A stretch of DNA of 64,000 nucleotides from Octopus sinensis (lineage: Eukaryota). Below the pieces are notes generated by a model. It was not told the origin of the DNA, ran no database searches, and saw only the letters and a list, made by a program, of their open reading frames with translations. Positions within the stretch are counted from its first letter, which is position 1, and the number at the start of each line of letters is the position of its first letter. A program made the translations under genes and the position numbers. Positions 39,305 through 50,920 of this stretch are shown here, piece by piece. The stretch spans positions 20,584,001 to 20,648,000 of the forward strand of contig NC_042997.1 of NCBI RefSeq assembly GCF_006345805.1, given 5' to 3'.

Positions 39305-39381
39305 CGAAGAACGGTACTTGCCATGCGTTGACAAGAGGCAATAACCTCGAAACCGGTCCGTATGTAGTATCCGTATCTTCG
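39305..39381 (+). ncRNA. Type I hammerhead ribozyme (core 39322-39364; predicted cleavage after GUC, 39358/39359)
   Basis: Stem I CAUGCG/CGUAUG; core UUGACAA; stem II GAGG-CAAUAA-CCUC; GAAA; palindromic stem III ACCGGU; C17; extended stem I CGAAGA-ACGG-UAC / GUA-U-CCGU-A-UCUUCG. Confidence 0.88.
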
Positions 39382-39584
39382 GGGAGGCTGATCTCCCTTT
39401 GTAGGCTGGCAAGGACACCGAGATGGTGTCAGCCCTTCTGGTGACGTTGATGATCGCCTGGGGCTAAATGCATCAGTAACACACCCACCACCCCGCCCTG
39501 TCCCTAGCCACATTCAGATGGCTGATCCTCCTTATGTTATAGAGCAGTTACTGTCTATATCTCGCTCAGAGATTTATTATTGTC

Positions 39585-39628
<44 letters not shown>

Positions 39629-39714
39629 GTATAAATATCAACACAATTTTTCCCCTTCCTCCCTTTTTTCTCTCTTCCCTTCTCCAAACTCACAGACACC
39701 CACACACACGTGTG

Positions 39715-39745
<31 letters not shown>

Positions 39746-41753
39746 CCACAAAACGATCATAAAAAGTGGAAAGAATTCTTAAACCCAAAAAAGCATTTGA
39801 CCATTAAACACACATACACTCTCTCACAATGATAAAGGAAATATAATTTATGGCCTGCCTCCCCGCCACCACACAGTCAGTGACACTGTGAAGTGATCAA
39901 AACTGAAATTCTTTCTTTTTTCCCTCTCCCTTCCCCTCTTTTTCTTTAGCACTCATCCCAGATACAAAAACACACACACATACACACATGTTCTCTCTCT
40001 CACTTTCTCCTCATCCATCACCCTCTTGTACTGTCTTATATTCCTTCCCACCACTACAAACTCTATAAAATGGTCAAAACTCCTCACCCAGGAACTTAGT
40101 TTGATTTAAAAACCCCACTAGAATGGGAGAAAGTGCTAATGATCTAAGTGATATGATATATATATAAAAAATGTAATATACAAATAAATATCTGTAAATA
40201 TAAACCATCCGATTTTCTGAGTACCTTATTTCTTCTAATATATATATATATACACAGAGTATATTTTTCTTCAGTGTTATTGAAATTTATTTATTGCAAT
40301 TTGATAAAACATCAAAAGTGGTATCTATATTTATAGAGGTACTTGTACAAGTTAAATATTTATATAGACTTTTCCTTTCCTGAAGTGTGTTTACATGCAT
40401 ATATATATGTGCATATATATATGTCTGATGGTGTCACAGTTTGCTGTACAACTTGCATGATGAATATTTTTACAGTGAGCATGGTTTGTGCTGGGCCAAA
40501 CCCATTCTCTTATCCTTCAAACTTGTATTGGTTTAATAAAACAAAACCACAAATCTAATAGTTATCAGGGTGCAGGATTTATATAGAGTTATCTTCTCTT
40601 GAGCTAGTAAAGAGCTGACTGTTCATCTCATGAGATGAGTTTCATTCCACTATGAGCTTCAAGTCAGACCTGTCAAAACTTGGTTTTGGTGGTATACATA
40701 TTTTCAATATGTCCATAATCTATTCATTGGTTTGTATTTTGTGTTTGCTGATTGGCTATTATTTCACTGCATTATCACTTGTTATTTTTTGTTGCATGGT
40801 TTTTTAATATTTCTTTTATTTGTTGATTAAATAGATGTACTTTAGTTTTGAATTTATCTGTTAATCTCCTGAAGGCTGTTTTTATCAAGTTTTCTGTATG
40901 TCTTTTTTTGATGGAGTTTGTGTCATACTGTGTTTGTAAACCGTGTGTAAATATTGTGTTTTGATAAGGACTGAGTAATTTTAACAACTTGTTTGTATCT
41001 GACATATTTATCTAGGGAGAAATTTCTAATATTGAAAATGGTGTCTCCTAGTTGATTGATTTGGGCATAGGTTGTAGAATGTGCCTGTTAACTAATTAAA
41101 ATTATTTGTTTGTTAATTTCATTGGGGCATAAGTTTTTTTAATCATTAGGCTTTGGACATGTTTGCTTAAGAACCTGTATGTATGAGAGATCAGGGCTCA
41201 CTTTCTACTTTATTTTGTATATGTTTCATATTCTTGTTTATGTGTGTGCCTGCAATATTTAAGTGGTTTTGATAAAAATATTTGGAATATCAGTTGGGTT
41301 ATTATGAAGGGTTTAGGTCTCTAAATGTGTGTGTGTATGCATGTGTGTGTATGGATGTATCTGTAAGTATGTGCATGACTGTGTGTTTGTATGTTGTGAC
41401 CAAGACTTCTTTCTTATCCTATATGTGGTTCCATATATGTGAATATTCTGAAAACTTTTTCCATTTATGTCTGCATAAGTCTTTTGTATCGCATGTTTGC
41501 AATAGGTCATCTATTTGTGGTTCCATACATATGGACGTAACTTTTTTTTTTCATGTTTGTGTGAGTTAAACTTAGTACTTGTCTTAAGCTGTGTGTAGTT
41601 TGGATCATTTTTGTTTTGAAAGATGAATTTATTTCGGTAACCACAGTGTGATGATATCTCATTTTTGTGTGGTGTGTGTGTTTGTGTGACTATATGGTTA
41701 GGGGACAAATTTCAGAACCATTCATGTTTAATGGCGTGCTGTTTGTATGTATG

Positions 41754-41784
<31 letters not shown>

Positions 41785-43672
41785 GTAAGTATTTAAAACA
41801 ATGATAGGTAAAGTGTTTGTTTTCTACTAATTCTATCTGAGAAAATATAATAGAATAAAACTAAATGATCTTGTCTGAAATATTTGTTTTCTTGGAAGTT
41901 ATTCAGTACATTTGAATTTGCTCAAATTTATTTTCATTGACAAACTGTCCTTTGTAATAGAGACAAAGAAAAAAAAATTCTTTTTGTGTTTATATAATAC
42001 TGTTCTTTTAAATCTACAGTCCTTTTCATTTGTTTGCTTATAATTGTCACAATCATCATAACCGCAATCATTATTAACAGAATCATCCTTAAAGTTATAG
42101 TATAATTAAACTATTTATACACATCAAGTCAAGCTAAGTGATTATAATAAGAAAACTTTTGTTAAATATATTAAATATATTTCTGACATGTACTCTTACA
42201 AATTTTAACTCATTGTAATGGTTTATGAAGTATTTTCCACTTCTTAGAAATTAATTTCAAATTAATTTTACCATTTTACTAAAACAAATGGTAAAGAAAC
42301 ATTTGTTTATTTATTTATTTATTTATTTATTTTTCCTAATAAAAAAATAAGACAAGATTAATTAAATTGTTTTCAGACAAAATTGATGTAATTTTTTCTC
42401 CGGCAATATTTTAAAATAGCATTTGAAATCTATTTCTTACTAAAACAACTGCTTACAATTTTCATCAACATCTCCAATTAATATGCTTTCGACTGATTAT
42501 TCAGATTTAATTTCAATGTATTTTTCTTATTTTCTTTTCACCAATTTAGCCAAAACATTCTGTAAAATGATTGTGAAGTGGTTGATTATTATTCAGTTCT
42601 TCACATTCAAACTGAGACTGTCAATTAGGTCATGATACTTTAGGTCAGTTTTGAAAGAACTTTAGGCTTTAGTTTATTCTAGCAATCATTGCTCCATCCA
42701 TGCTGTGGCACATAAACGAAAAACACAAACTGCTAATCTAACTAAAATAACATGTTAACTAAAGCCATTACTTCACTCCTCAAGACATTGAAACATTACC
42801 TTGGTTAATATGGCTTTATCTCTACTGGTTTATTATAGTCTAAATATGCATTAAACAATCCCAGAATTACTGTTTCCCTCAACTGCCAATAGAATTTTCT
42901 GTTTCACCAATTGAACATTTTATTTCTATCTGTAAAGTAGACAGATCAATAATAGCTAAGCATTAGGCCTGCAAGGAGTTATATAAAATAAATAAAAAAG
43001 CGAATAGAAAGAATTGATATGAAGAAACTTAGTGGGGAGCAAAATATTAGGTTATCCAGCCAGAAGAGAAGCTGAGAGTAGGATGTGTGCAAATGTTCCA
43101 GTCTGTGATGATGAGAAGCATGAACTGTTCTGAATCACAAAGCAGTGTGTTTGTCTGAATCAAAATGTCATAGGAGAGAAGTGAGAAAATAGTGATGCAC
43201 TTGCCTGAGGTAAAAATGAAAATAAGGAAGCATGGAAATGTTATTATGAAAGGTTGTTACATGCGGAATATTTTATTTACTTATGCTAGTTAACCAGCTA
43301 GTACAGCAAAGTGTTATATTCAGTGGCTGACATATCAATATCATTGCAAACTTGCTACAAGACAAACTGAGATGAAAAAATATATAAAATTAATTTCTCC
43401 AAAAAAGAAATAAGAAACTATAAAAGTAAGATGAGAGAATAATAATAATAATAATGATGATAATAACAACAACAACAACAACAACAACACAACAACAACA
43501 ACAACAACAACAATAATAATGATAATAATGATAATGATAATAATGATAATGATAATAATAATTATAATGATAATAATAATAATAATAACAATAATAATAA
43601 TAATGATGATGTTCATATCAGTTATTCAAAAAATACTAAATATCTATATCACTTAATTCAACCCATTGTGAT

Positions 43673-43930
43673 ACATCATCATCATCATCGTCGTTTAACG
43701 TCCGTTCTCCATGCTAGCATGGGTTGGACGGTTCGTCCGGGGTTCTGGGAAGCCAGAAGGCTGCACCAGGCTCCAGTCTAATTTGGCAATGTTTCTACAG
43801 CTGGATGCCCTTCCTAACGCCAACCACTCCGTGAGTGTAGTGGGTGCTTTTTACGTGCCACCTGCACAGGTGCCAGGCGGGGCTGGCAACGGCCACGGTC
43901 AGATTGGTGTATTTTATGTGCCACCGGCAC
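43673..43930 (-). mobile_element. Family C element
   Basis: (CAT)n CGTTTAACGTCCGTTCTCCATGCTAGC core. Confidence 0.85.
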
Positions 43931-44592
43931 ATACAGTATATAATATTAATGATGAAGATGGACTTCAAGTATATACATACGTGTGTGAGAGTTTATGTAT
44001 ATATGTATGCATATACATACACACACACACATATATATATATATATTGGGTTGGCAAGTAAGTTCCTGCTGTTTTTTTAAATTTTGGAATTTATTGCGTT
44101 TTTTAAATTTTGGAATCTATTTTTTTTTTGAGAATTCTATTTTTGAATCATTTTAGAATCTATTTTGTTTTTTTTTTCTAGTTAATTTTAGTTAATTTTT
44201 GTTTATTTTCAGATCTTTAAAATGGAATGTCAAGTTAAGAAAAGCGAGCATTTTCGACACCTCCTTTTTGCTTTTAATCAAGGTTCTAAGGCCGCAAAAG
44301 CTGCTCACGACATTTGTGCTGTGTATGGAGAGGGTACCATACCTGAAAGAATTGCTCGTGATTGGTGTGCCAAGTTCAAAATGGAAATTTTAACTTCAAA
44401 GACACACCACATTCTGGCCATCCAGTTGAGTTCAATGAAGAGCGATTAAACCAGCTTTTGTACAAAAATTTTCGTCAAACAACAAGGGAGCAGGCAGAGA
44501 AAATTGAATGCTCCCACACTGCTATAGAGAAGCATCTTCACTCGATGGGAAAGGTTCAAAAGCATGGAGTATGGGTTCTGCATGCTTTAAGT

Positions 44593-44989
44593 CCCCCTCC
44601 AAAGCCCAACCGTTCTCCTCACCATGGTGCTGGGGGTGGCAACGGCATATGGTAAGTATGCTAGCTAAACGGCTCTGGCCTGGGGAAAGACCTGGCCACC
44701 TACCCCAGTATCCTGGCCAATATACTCTATGGATCAAAAGTATAAGAATTCTAATATGATGGTACCAAACGGTGCGACCCCCGGGCTGCGAGATACCACA
44801 TTGGCTACTGGGGAAGAGCACAAGGATAATCATAGGAGTAGCTGTGTGGTAAGTAGCTTGCTAACCAACCTCATGGTTCTGGGTTCAGTCCCACTGCGTG
44901 GCACCTTGGGCAAGTGTCTTCTGCTATAGCCCCGGGCCGACCAATGCCTTGTGAGTGGATTTGGTAGACGGAAACTGAAAGAAGCCTGT

Positions 44990-45026
<37 letters not shown>

Positions 45027-45467
45027 TTGTGTGTCTGTGTTTGTCCCCCTAGCATTGCTTGACAACCGATGCTGGTGTGTTTACGTCCCTGTCACTTAGC
45101 GGTTCGGCAAAAGAGACCGATAGAATAAGTACTGGGCTTACAAAGAATAAGTCCCGGGGTCGATTTGTTCGACTAAAGGCGGTGCTCCAGCATGGCCGCA
45201 GTCAAATGACTGAAACAAGTAAAAGAGTAAAAGAGTAAATAGTAGCGGTATTGATGACGTGGATGGAACAAATCCTTCTGGAATGATCAGTGGCAAGAGA
45301 GGAAGAGGCTGACCAAGAACCCGCTGGCTTGACACCATCAAGAGTGATACCGGAATGGACATAGCCAATCTGAAAAAAGCGGCCCAGGATAGAACTGACT
45401 GGAGGACACTGATCCAACGAGTAACCGAGAGTCGACTTCGACTGAGTGGATAGATAGATAGATAGAT
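44593..45467 (+). mobile_element. Internally deleted RTE-BovB-like retroposon with 11-bp TSD
   Basis: TSD ATGCTTTAAGT (44582-44592, 45468-45478); 3' part translates GMISGKRGRG*PRTRWLDTIKSDTGMDIANLKKAAQDRTDWRTLIQRVTESRLRLSG* followed by (GATA)n. Confidence 0.8.
44835..45238 (+). mobile_element. SINE family A, intact, nested in the RTE-like insert
   Basis: GGAGTAGCTGTGTGGTAAG head, GGTTCAGTCCC B-box-like motif, AAAAGAGTAAAAGAG tail. Confidence 0.9.
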
Positions 45468-46287
45468 ATGCTTTAAGTGACAACAACAAAAATCAACCCA
45501 CTGGTTTGCTTGCTCATCACCACTCAACTCATGGACAAAAGCAATGATTTCTTTACTGAATCGTTACTGGCGACGAAAGATAGTGCCTGTACATCAATAT
45601 GAAGCAGTGTAAGGAATGGCTTAGCACCGGTAAACAAGCGACACTGCACGTGAAACAAAATCCTCACCCACATAAAACGATGTTGTGTGTATGGTGGGAC
45701 TGGGAAGGTATTATCCATTATGAATTGTTTGAACGGAAGCAAATGGTCAACGTGGAACTCTATGTTCAACAGATGGAACAACTCAACATGGCTATTCAAG
45801 AGAAAAGACCTAATTGGCAGCATGGAGTTCTTCTGTTGCACGACAGTGCCCGCCCTCATGTCACCAATATGACCAAGGAGGCCATTCAAACACATAGCTG
45901 TGAAGTGCTGCCACACCCGCTGTACTCTCTTGATTTGGCACCAATGGATTTCTACCTCTTTTGCTCTCTTTGAAATGCTGTGCTTGGAGTTTCATTTAAT
46001 ACTGATGCAGAATTGAGAGCTTGGTTGAATCAATTTTTCGAGTCGAAATCAGGTGATTTCTACCAACAAGGTATTGAAAATCTTGTTTAACGTTGGGAAG
46101 AAGTTGTAAAACAACAAGGATGAATACATTATTGATTAATTAGTTGTTTATTTTTTATTAAACCTTTTAAAAATTAAAAATTTTTTAAAAATGGCAGGAA
46201 CTTAGTTGCCAACCCAATATATGTACATATATATCATATATACATACATGCATCCTCACACACACATAAATATAGATATACATACAT

Positions 46288-46325
<38 letters not shown>

Positions 46326-46423
46326 ATTTCAACAATTGAGGGTAAAATTAATTAATTAATTAATCAATTTCACCAAGTATTCAGTATGCAAAGGGACCAT
46401 TTAAGGCAAATTCAAATTATTAC

Positions 46424-46762
46424 ATTATATAAAAGGGCTTAGTAAAATAAATTACTTTGCCGCATACTGAACTCGTTAGAAATAGCAGCTAAAAAAACTA
46501 TTTCTAACACTTAAAGAAAACCTCTCTCATATAGTGTTTGCTCAATTCAACTCAAGAAAGTATGAGGGTAGAGACATTAAAAAATCAAATGCATTTGATT
46601 TTGCATTTGATTTTTTAATGTCTCTACCCTCATACTTCTTGAGTTGAATTGAGCAAACACTATATGAGAGAGGTTTTCTTTAAGTGTTAGAAATAGTTTT
46701 TTTAGCTGCTATTTCTAACGAGTTCAGTATGCGGCAAAGTAATTTATTTTACTAAGCCCTTT

Positions 46763-46770
<8 letters not shown>
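46424..46770. repeat. Near-perfect palindrome, about 170-bp arms
   Basis: 46424-46593 vs 46602-46770 differ by one indel by eye; centre carries a duplicated TGCATTTGATTT. Confidence 0.92.
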
Positions 46771-46799
<29 letters not shown>

Positions 46800-47376
46800 T
46801 GCATACATGTCTGTGTGTGTGTGGCTGGTTGGAGCTCTGCTGTCCAATGATATAGATTTTAGTTGTTTGATCAGCTGAAGGACCAGCTCTTGAAGCTATG
46901 TCATGGATGCATGTACCCATTTACCCATTATTCACAGGTAGAATCAGTATGATATGATGTGAGATACGGCTGTACATTTCAATTAGAGTTACAATCCATA
47001 TAACATGTATATAAATGAAAAAAATTGAAACTTGAAATTTGCCAGCAAGTTGTGATCGTCAGACACATCTAGGAGAATGTGAATGACCTGTCCAGCAAAT
47101 GCCAGAATACAAATAGAGAGTGGATGCAAAGCAATGATAATGATGATATGATTATGATAATGACAATGATGATGATATATATCATAAGCTTACACTCGCA
47201 CACACACACATATATATATACACATGTGTACACAAACATGCACACACACACATGTACACACATTTTTTTTTCACCCTTTTCAAGCCTAGCCAGGCTCATG
47301 GGCCCAGTTTCCTCAGTTTCTGTGGTGTATGTTTTCCCCCCAGCTGGATGGAATGCCAGTCCATCGCAGTGTTACT

Positions 47377-47570
47377 CAAGAAACAGGAAGAAAGAGTGAG
47401 AGAAAGTTGGGGCGAAAGAGTACAACAGAGGTCGCCACCACCCACTGCCAGAGCCTCGTGGAGCTTTTAGGTGTTTTTGCTCAATAAACACAACACCCAT
47501 TCTGGGAATCAAAACTGCGATTGTCCAACTGCGAGTCCACTGCCCTAACCACTGGGCCATTGCACCTCCA
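47377..47570 (-). mobile_element. tRNA-headed SINE family E, 5' part
   Basis: Reverse complement of the head of 51408-51775. Confidence 0.75.
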
Positions 47571-48109
47571 TATACACACATGTATATACATATATCGAAA
47601 AGGTTAAGATGTTTCACACAAGTCAATTTAAAAAGAGTTAATGCTCTGAAAACTTTATAGTGGATAAAAAGAGGAAAGAATTTAAAATATTTTCAAAATA
47701 GGCAGCCTGTTTCCATTACTGAAGTCAATAAGAAAAGGAAAAATAAGAAAATAAGAAAAGGAAAAATAAATTGAATAAATTAATTTAATTTTTGAAGATA
47801 GCAGCTTTAAAAGAGCACGTGACTGCTTATTACAAAATTCACATGTTAGTAGTTGTTGGTCTCTTACCAATGAGCACTTGATCATAATTGAAATAGTATC
47901 AGTTTTAGAAGTGGTGGTTTTGTTGTTCTTTATTAGCAATGTTGATATTAATGAGTGGTTCCTAATGGTGAGGGTTGTTGTACAGTGGTAGTGGTGGCAG
48001 TAGTAATACCAGCAACATCTAGTGATAGCAGAATCAGCAGTTGTATCAGCCTCACTGGTAGAAGAAGTAATTGCAGCTGTAGCAGCTTATGCATTAGGTG
48101 TGGTAGTGG

Positions 48110-48352
48110 GGGCGTGTGGCTTAGTGGTTAGGGTGTCAGCATCATGATTGTAAGGTTGTGGTTTTGATTCCTGGACCGGGCGATGCGTTGTGTTCTTGAG
48201 CAAAACACTTCATTTCACGTTGCTCCAGTCCACTCGGCTGGCAAAAATGAGTAATCCTGCGACAGACTGGCGTCCCATCCAGGTGGGGAATTTCTATGCC
48301 ACTGAAACTGGGAAACCGGCCTTATGAGCCTGGCATGGTTCGAGAAGGAAGA
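48110..48352 (+). mobile_element. tRNA-headed SINE variant
   Basis: TGGCTTAGTGG, TTTTGATTCC, TTCTTGAGCAAAACACTTCATTTCACGTTGCTCCAGTCC body. Confidence 0.75.
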
Positions 48353-48589
48353 TTTATATATTTTTATATTATTAGGTGTAGTAATGGTAGCTGAAATGAT
48401 AGAAGCCAGAGATGTAATGAGAATGCTGTAGCAGAAGTGAAACTAGTAGCCATAGCAGCAGTAGTGGTTGCAGCAGCAACAGCAGCAAAGAAGTAGTAGT
48501 ATCTGTAATGGTAGTGTCAGCAGCTGTAGTTTTAGTAGTAGTAACTTTTCTCCTGTAATTGTTAAGAAGTGATCAGTATTTCCTTTTGA

Positions 48590-49700
48590 ATGTTGTTCCT
48601 TTGCTGAAGCTATCCTGCTGCAATGTGACGTTAATAAATTGATATAAGGGAAGATCATAGAACTTGGTTGTTTCTTATCAGGGCACAACTAGATTCGAAT
48701 TTGTATTCAATGCAGAGTCATGAATTGTCTGAAGGACACTCTGATTTGCTCTATATACTTTTCTCTATATCCTATTATTGCATAAATTGGGTTTTCAGAT
48801 GCACAGATGAAAATATCATTTATTTTTGAGAGCTGTCTTTGTTTAAATCAGATTTCACATTCCTTCTGACTGATTTATGTCTATCTCACAGTTATATATC
48901 TTCTGCATTTCTTTGCTATTGGGCTTTGTTCTTATTGGGGGAAGTTTGATCTTCGTTGATATTTTTTCACTGATTTGCATTGTTTTTGTTTTTTATGATA
49001 TGTGTCTAAACAATTTGATTCATCCTGGAGTTCAATTCAATGTTCATAAGTTTTGAAATGTAATATTGTAGGCTTTGTTGTTTTAGGATTGTGGGTGAAA
49101 ATATAAGGCGAGATTTTAAATTCCAATATATTTCTTTGCATTGTTCATCTTAATACCTGGATATTAATTTTCTTGGCTTGTCATATTCCATTGTTGATTA
49201 AAGATGGTGAATAATTTCTTTCAAGGAATGTATCTCTAAGCTCTTGAATTTGTATGTCACAGGTGTTTCCATTAGATACAACAGGGTAGATCTGTTCTGT
49301 TTCATGAACTGAAAGGTAGATATTATTTGGGATCCATAGATTTATAGTATGTCTATCTCTATTTGGTTGTTAACTTTCTGTATTAGGATGCCTAAAAGTA
49401 TCCATTGCTCAATGAAATTAACAAAATATACAATTCCCCAATTCTGATTTAAACAAAGACAGCTCTCAAAAATAAATGATATTCTTGGGGAATTGTATAT
49501 TTTGTTAATTCCATTGAGCAATGATATTAATTCTATAAGTTCCTTTATGCTTTTGTTCCACAAAATGAAGCAATCATAAAATATCCTTCTCAGTTTTCTT
49601 GTATGTAATTTAAAAAAGTCCCTAGATCTTTGTAGAAATCTTTGGTATATCGTAGGAGAGAAAAGTTTATGGATTAGTCACCTGTATAATTAGTCAGACT
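48590..49700 (-). mobile_element. Decayed Penelope-like element (RT C-terminal half plus GIY-YIG)
   Basis: Degenerate YDCFILWNKS (RYxDD region), LLGILIQKVNNQIEID, LRDTFLERNYSPSLI, and IFICASENPIYAII..EKYIEQ..SFRQFMTLH; many stops and frameshifts. Confidence 0.75.
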
Positions 49701-50039
49701 GTACAGGAAGGTGCCATACTCAGCAACTGTTGTAGCATCATTACTGTAAACTGCTGCAAGAGTAAAGGAGATATCTTAAACAGAAGTAATAATAGTGGTA
49801 TCAAATAGCTGGACCAGGTTGGTTTTGTGCCAAGTAGGATTACTCCTTCTAGTGACACAACTGCAAGGGAAGTATTTAGCGAAAAGTAAGCCATTGAATT
49901 TGGCTTTTATTGACAGGATACCGCATTCTGACAGGATAATCTTTAAAGAACCATAAAATCCATGTACAAGGACACTGTTAGTAAAGTGGTTGTTAGCTAC
50001 AAGTACAACAATGAATTTAGAGTACAGGAATGAGTTCAC

Positions 50040-50920
50040 TAGGCCTCAGTCCTCAGCTCCTTCTAACCATCATAGTCATCTAGGCTATAGCAGATGAACT
50101 CAAGACTAGTCACCCTAGAGAAATACTGTAGACTGATGATTTTGTTCTTGTAATAGAATCTCTTATAGAATTATAAAAGAAATCCCAGTATGGAAGGTAA
50201 CTTGGAATAAACAGATGTTATAACTTATCAAAAACTGAAGTTCTAATTAGCAGGTAAACTTTACTCCGTTCAGGAAAATGGCCCTGCTTGGTATAAACCA
50301 AGTATATAGAAATTTCTTATAGTGTGCACAATGCAAGCTATTGACATACAAGTTGCCCAGTAGAATCTCAGTAAGGCGAGCAGAGAAATTAGAATCTGTT
50401 TGTGGTAGATGTGCTGGAGCAATAAGCACTATGCATTTGACTCTCTCGAAAGCCCAGGAGGTTCCTTTTAGGAGGTGGATAGCTTCTGCAGTAAAAAAGG
50501 ATGTTCTGAATATGTAGTTGCCAGAATAAGAATTAAACAGTTATTACCTCTGATGGTAAAAAAATTTCTCTCCCTCGAAGTGAAAGGTAAATTGTATGAT
50601 GCTTGTGTATAGCCAGCAGTACGATAAGGTAGGGAGACGTGGACCCTGAACATAAGGGACATGTAAAAGCTACAAAAGATTGAAACTAGTATGCTCTGAT
50701 AGAATCACACAAGTCTGAATGTATGACAAAGTGCATGTGCTGAGTGAAAAATTTGGTGTATAGGAATCAGATGACGTGTGAAAGAGAGAAGATTGTATTG
50801 GTACAATCATGTGGTGTGGTGTACTTAGATGATGACAGCTGTTTAAAGAAGTGCCAACCACTTAAAGATGATGTAACTTTTAGAAGAGGGACACCCAAAA
50901 AGTCATGCTACAAAAGCTGA
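50040..50920 (+). mobile_element. Decayed RTE LINE fragment
   Basis: Degenerate VLSPLLF / YADDLVL-like segment and GKLYDACV...ETW region homologous to 35698-36700. Confidence 0.65.

Larger units (their letters stand above)
38627..39583. mobile_element. Retrozyme-like element: 360-bp monomer, 374 bp on minus strand joined head-to-head with 1.6 monomers on plus strand
   Basis: Period 360 (39001 vs 39361); 38627-39000 is the reverse complement of 39168-39541; only a handful of mismatches between copies; two hammerheads; CATGTATA(TATA) on both flanks. Confidence 0.85.
44046..46217 (+). mobile_element. Full-length mariner relic with nested insertion
   Basis: TA-flanked TIRs TTGGGTTGGCAA / TTGCCAACCCAA; transposase MECQVKKSEHFRH...GVWVLHALS, then IVTGDE, HPHKTMLCVWWD, LLHDSARPHV, HPLYSLDLAPMDFYLF; frameshifts and stops. 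Confidence 0.92.

Noticed and set aside
38655-39513. Duplicated ORFs (MWLGTGRGGG..., ...TPRWCQPFW) in the 360-bp element
   Set aside because: Short, no recognisable domain, expected in GC-richer sequence; RNA structure explains the element better
38627-39583. Interpretation as a simple satellite, MITE or CRISPR-like array
   Set aside because: No spacer diversity, no terminal TIRs with a fixed TSD; intact ribozyme and cleavage-site junction argue for retroposition
40560-41280. Possible retroelement coding remnant on the minus strand
   Set aside because: No diagnostic motif recognised in the frames I translated
43341-43616. Poly-Ile/Val/Leu ORF
   Set aside because: (AAT)n/(AAC)n trinucleotide microsatellite
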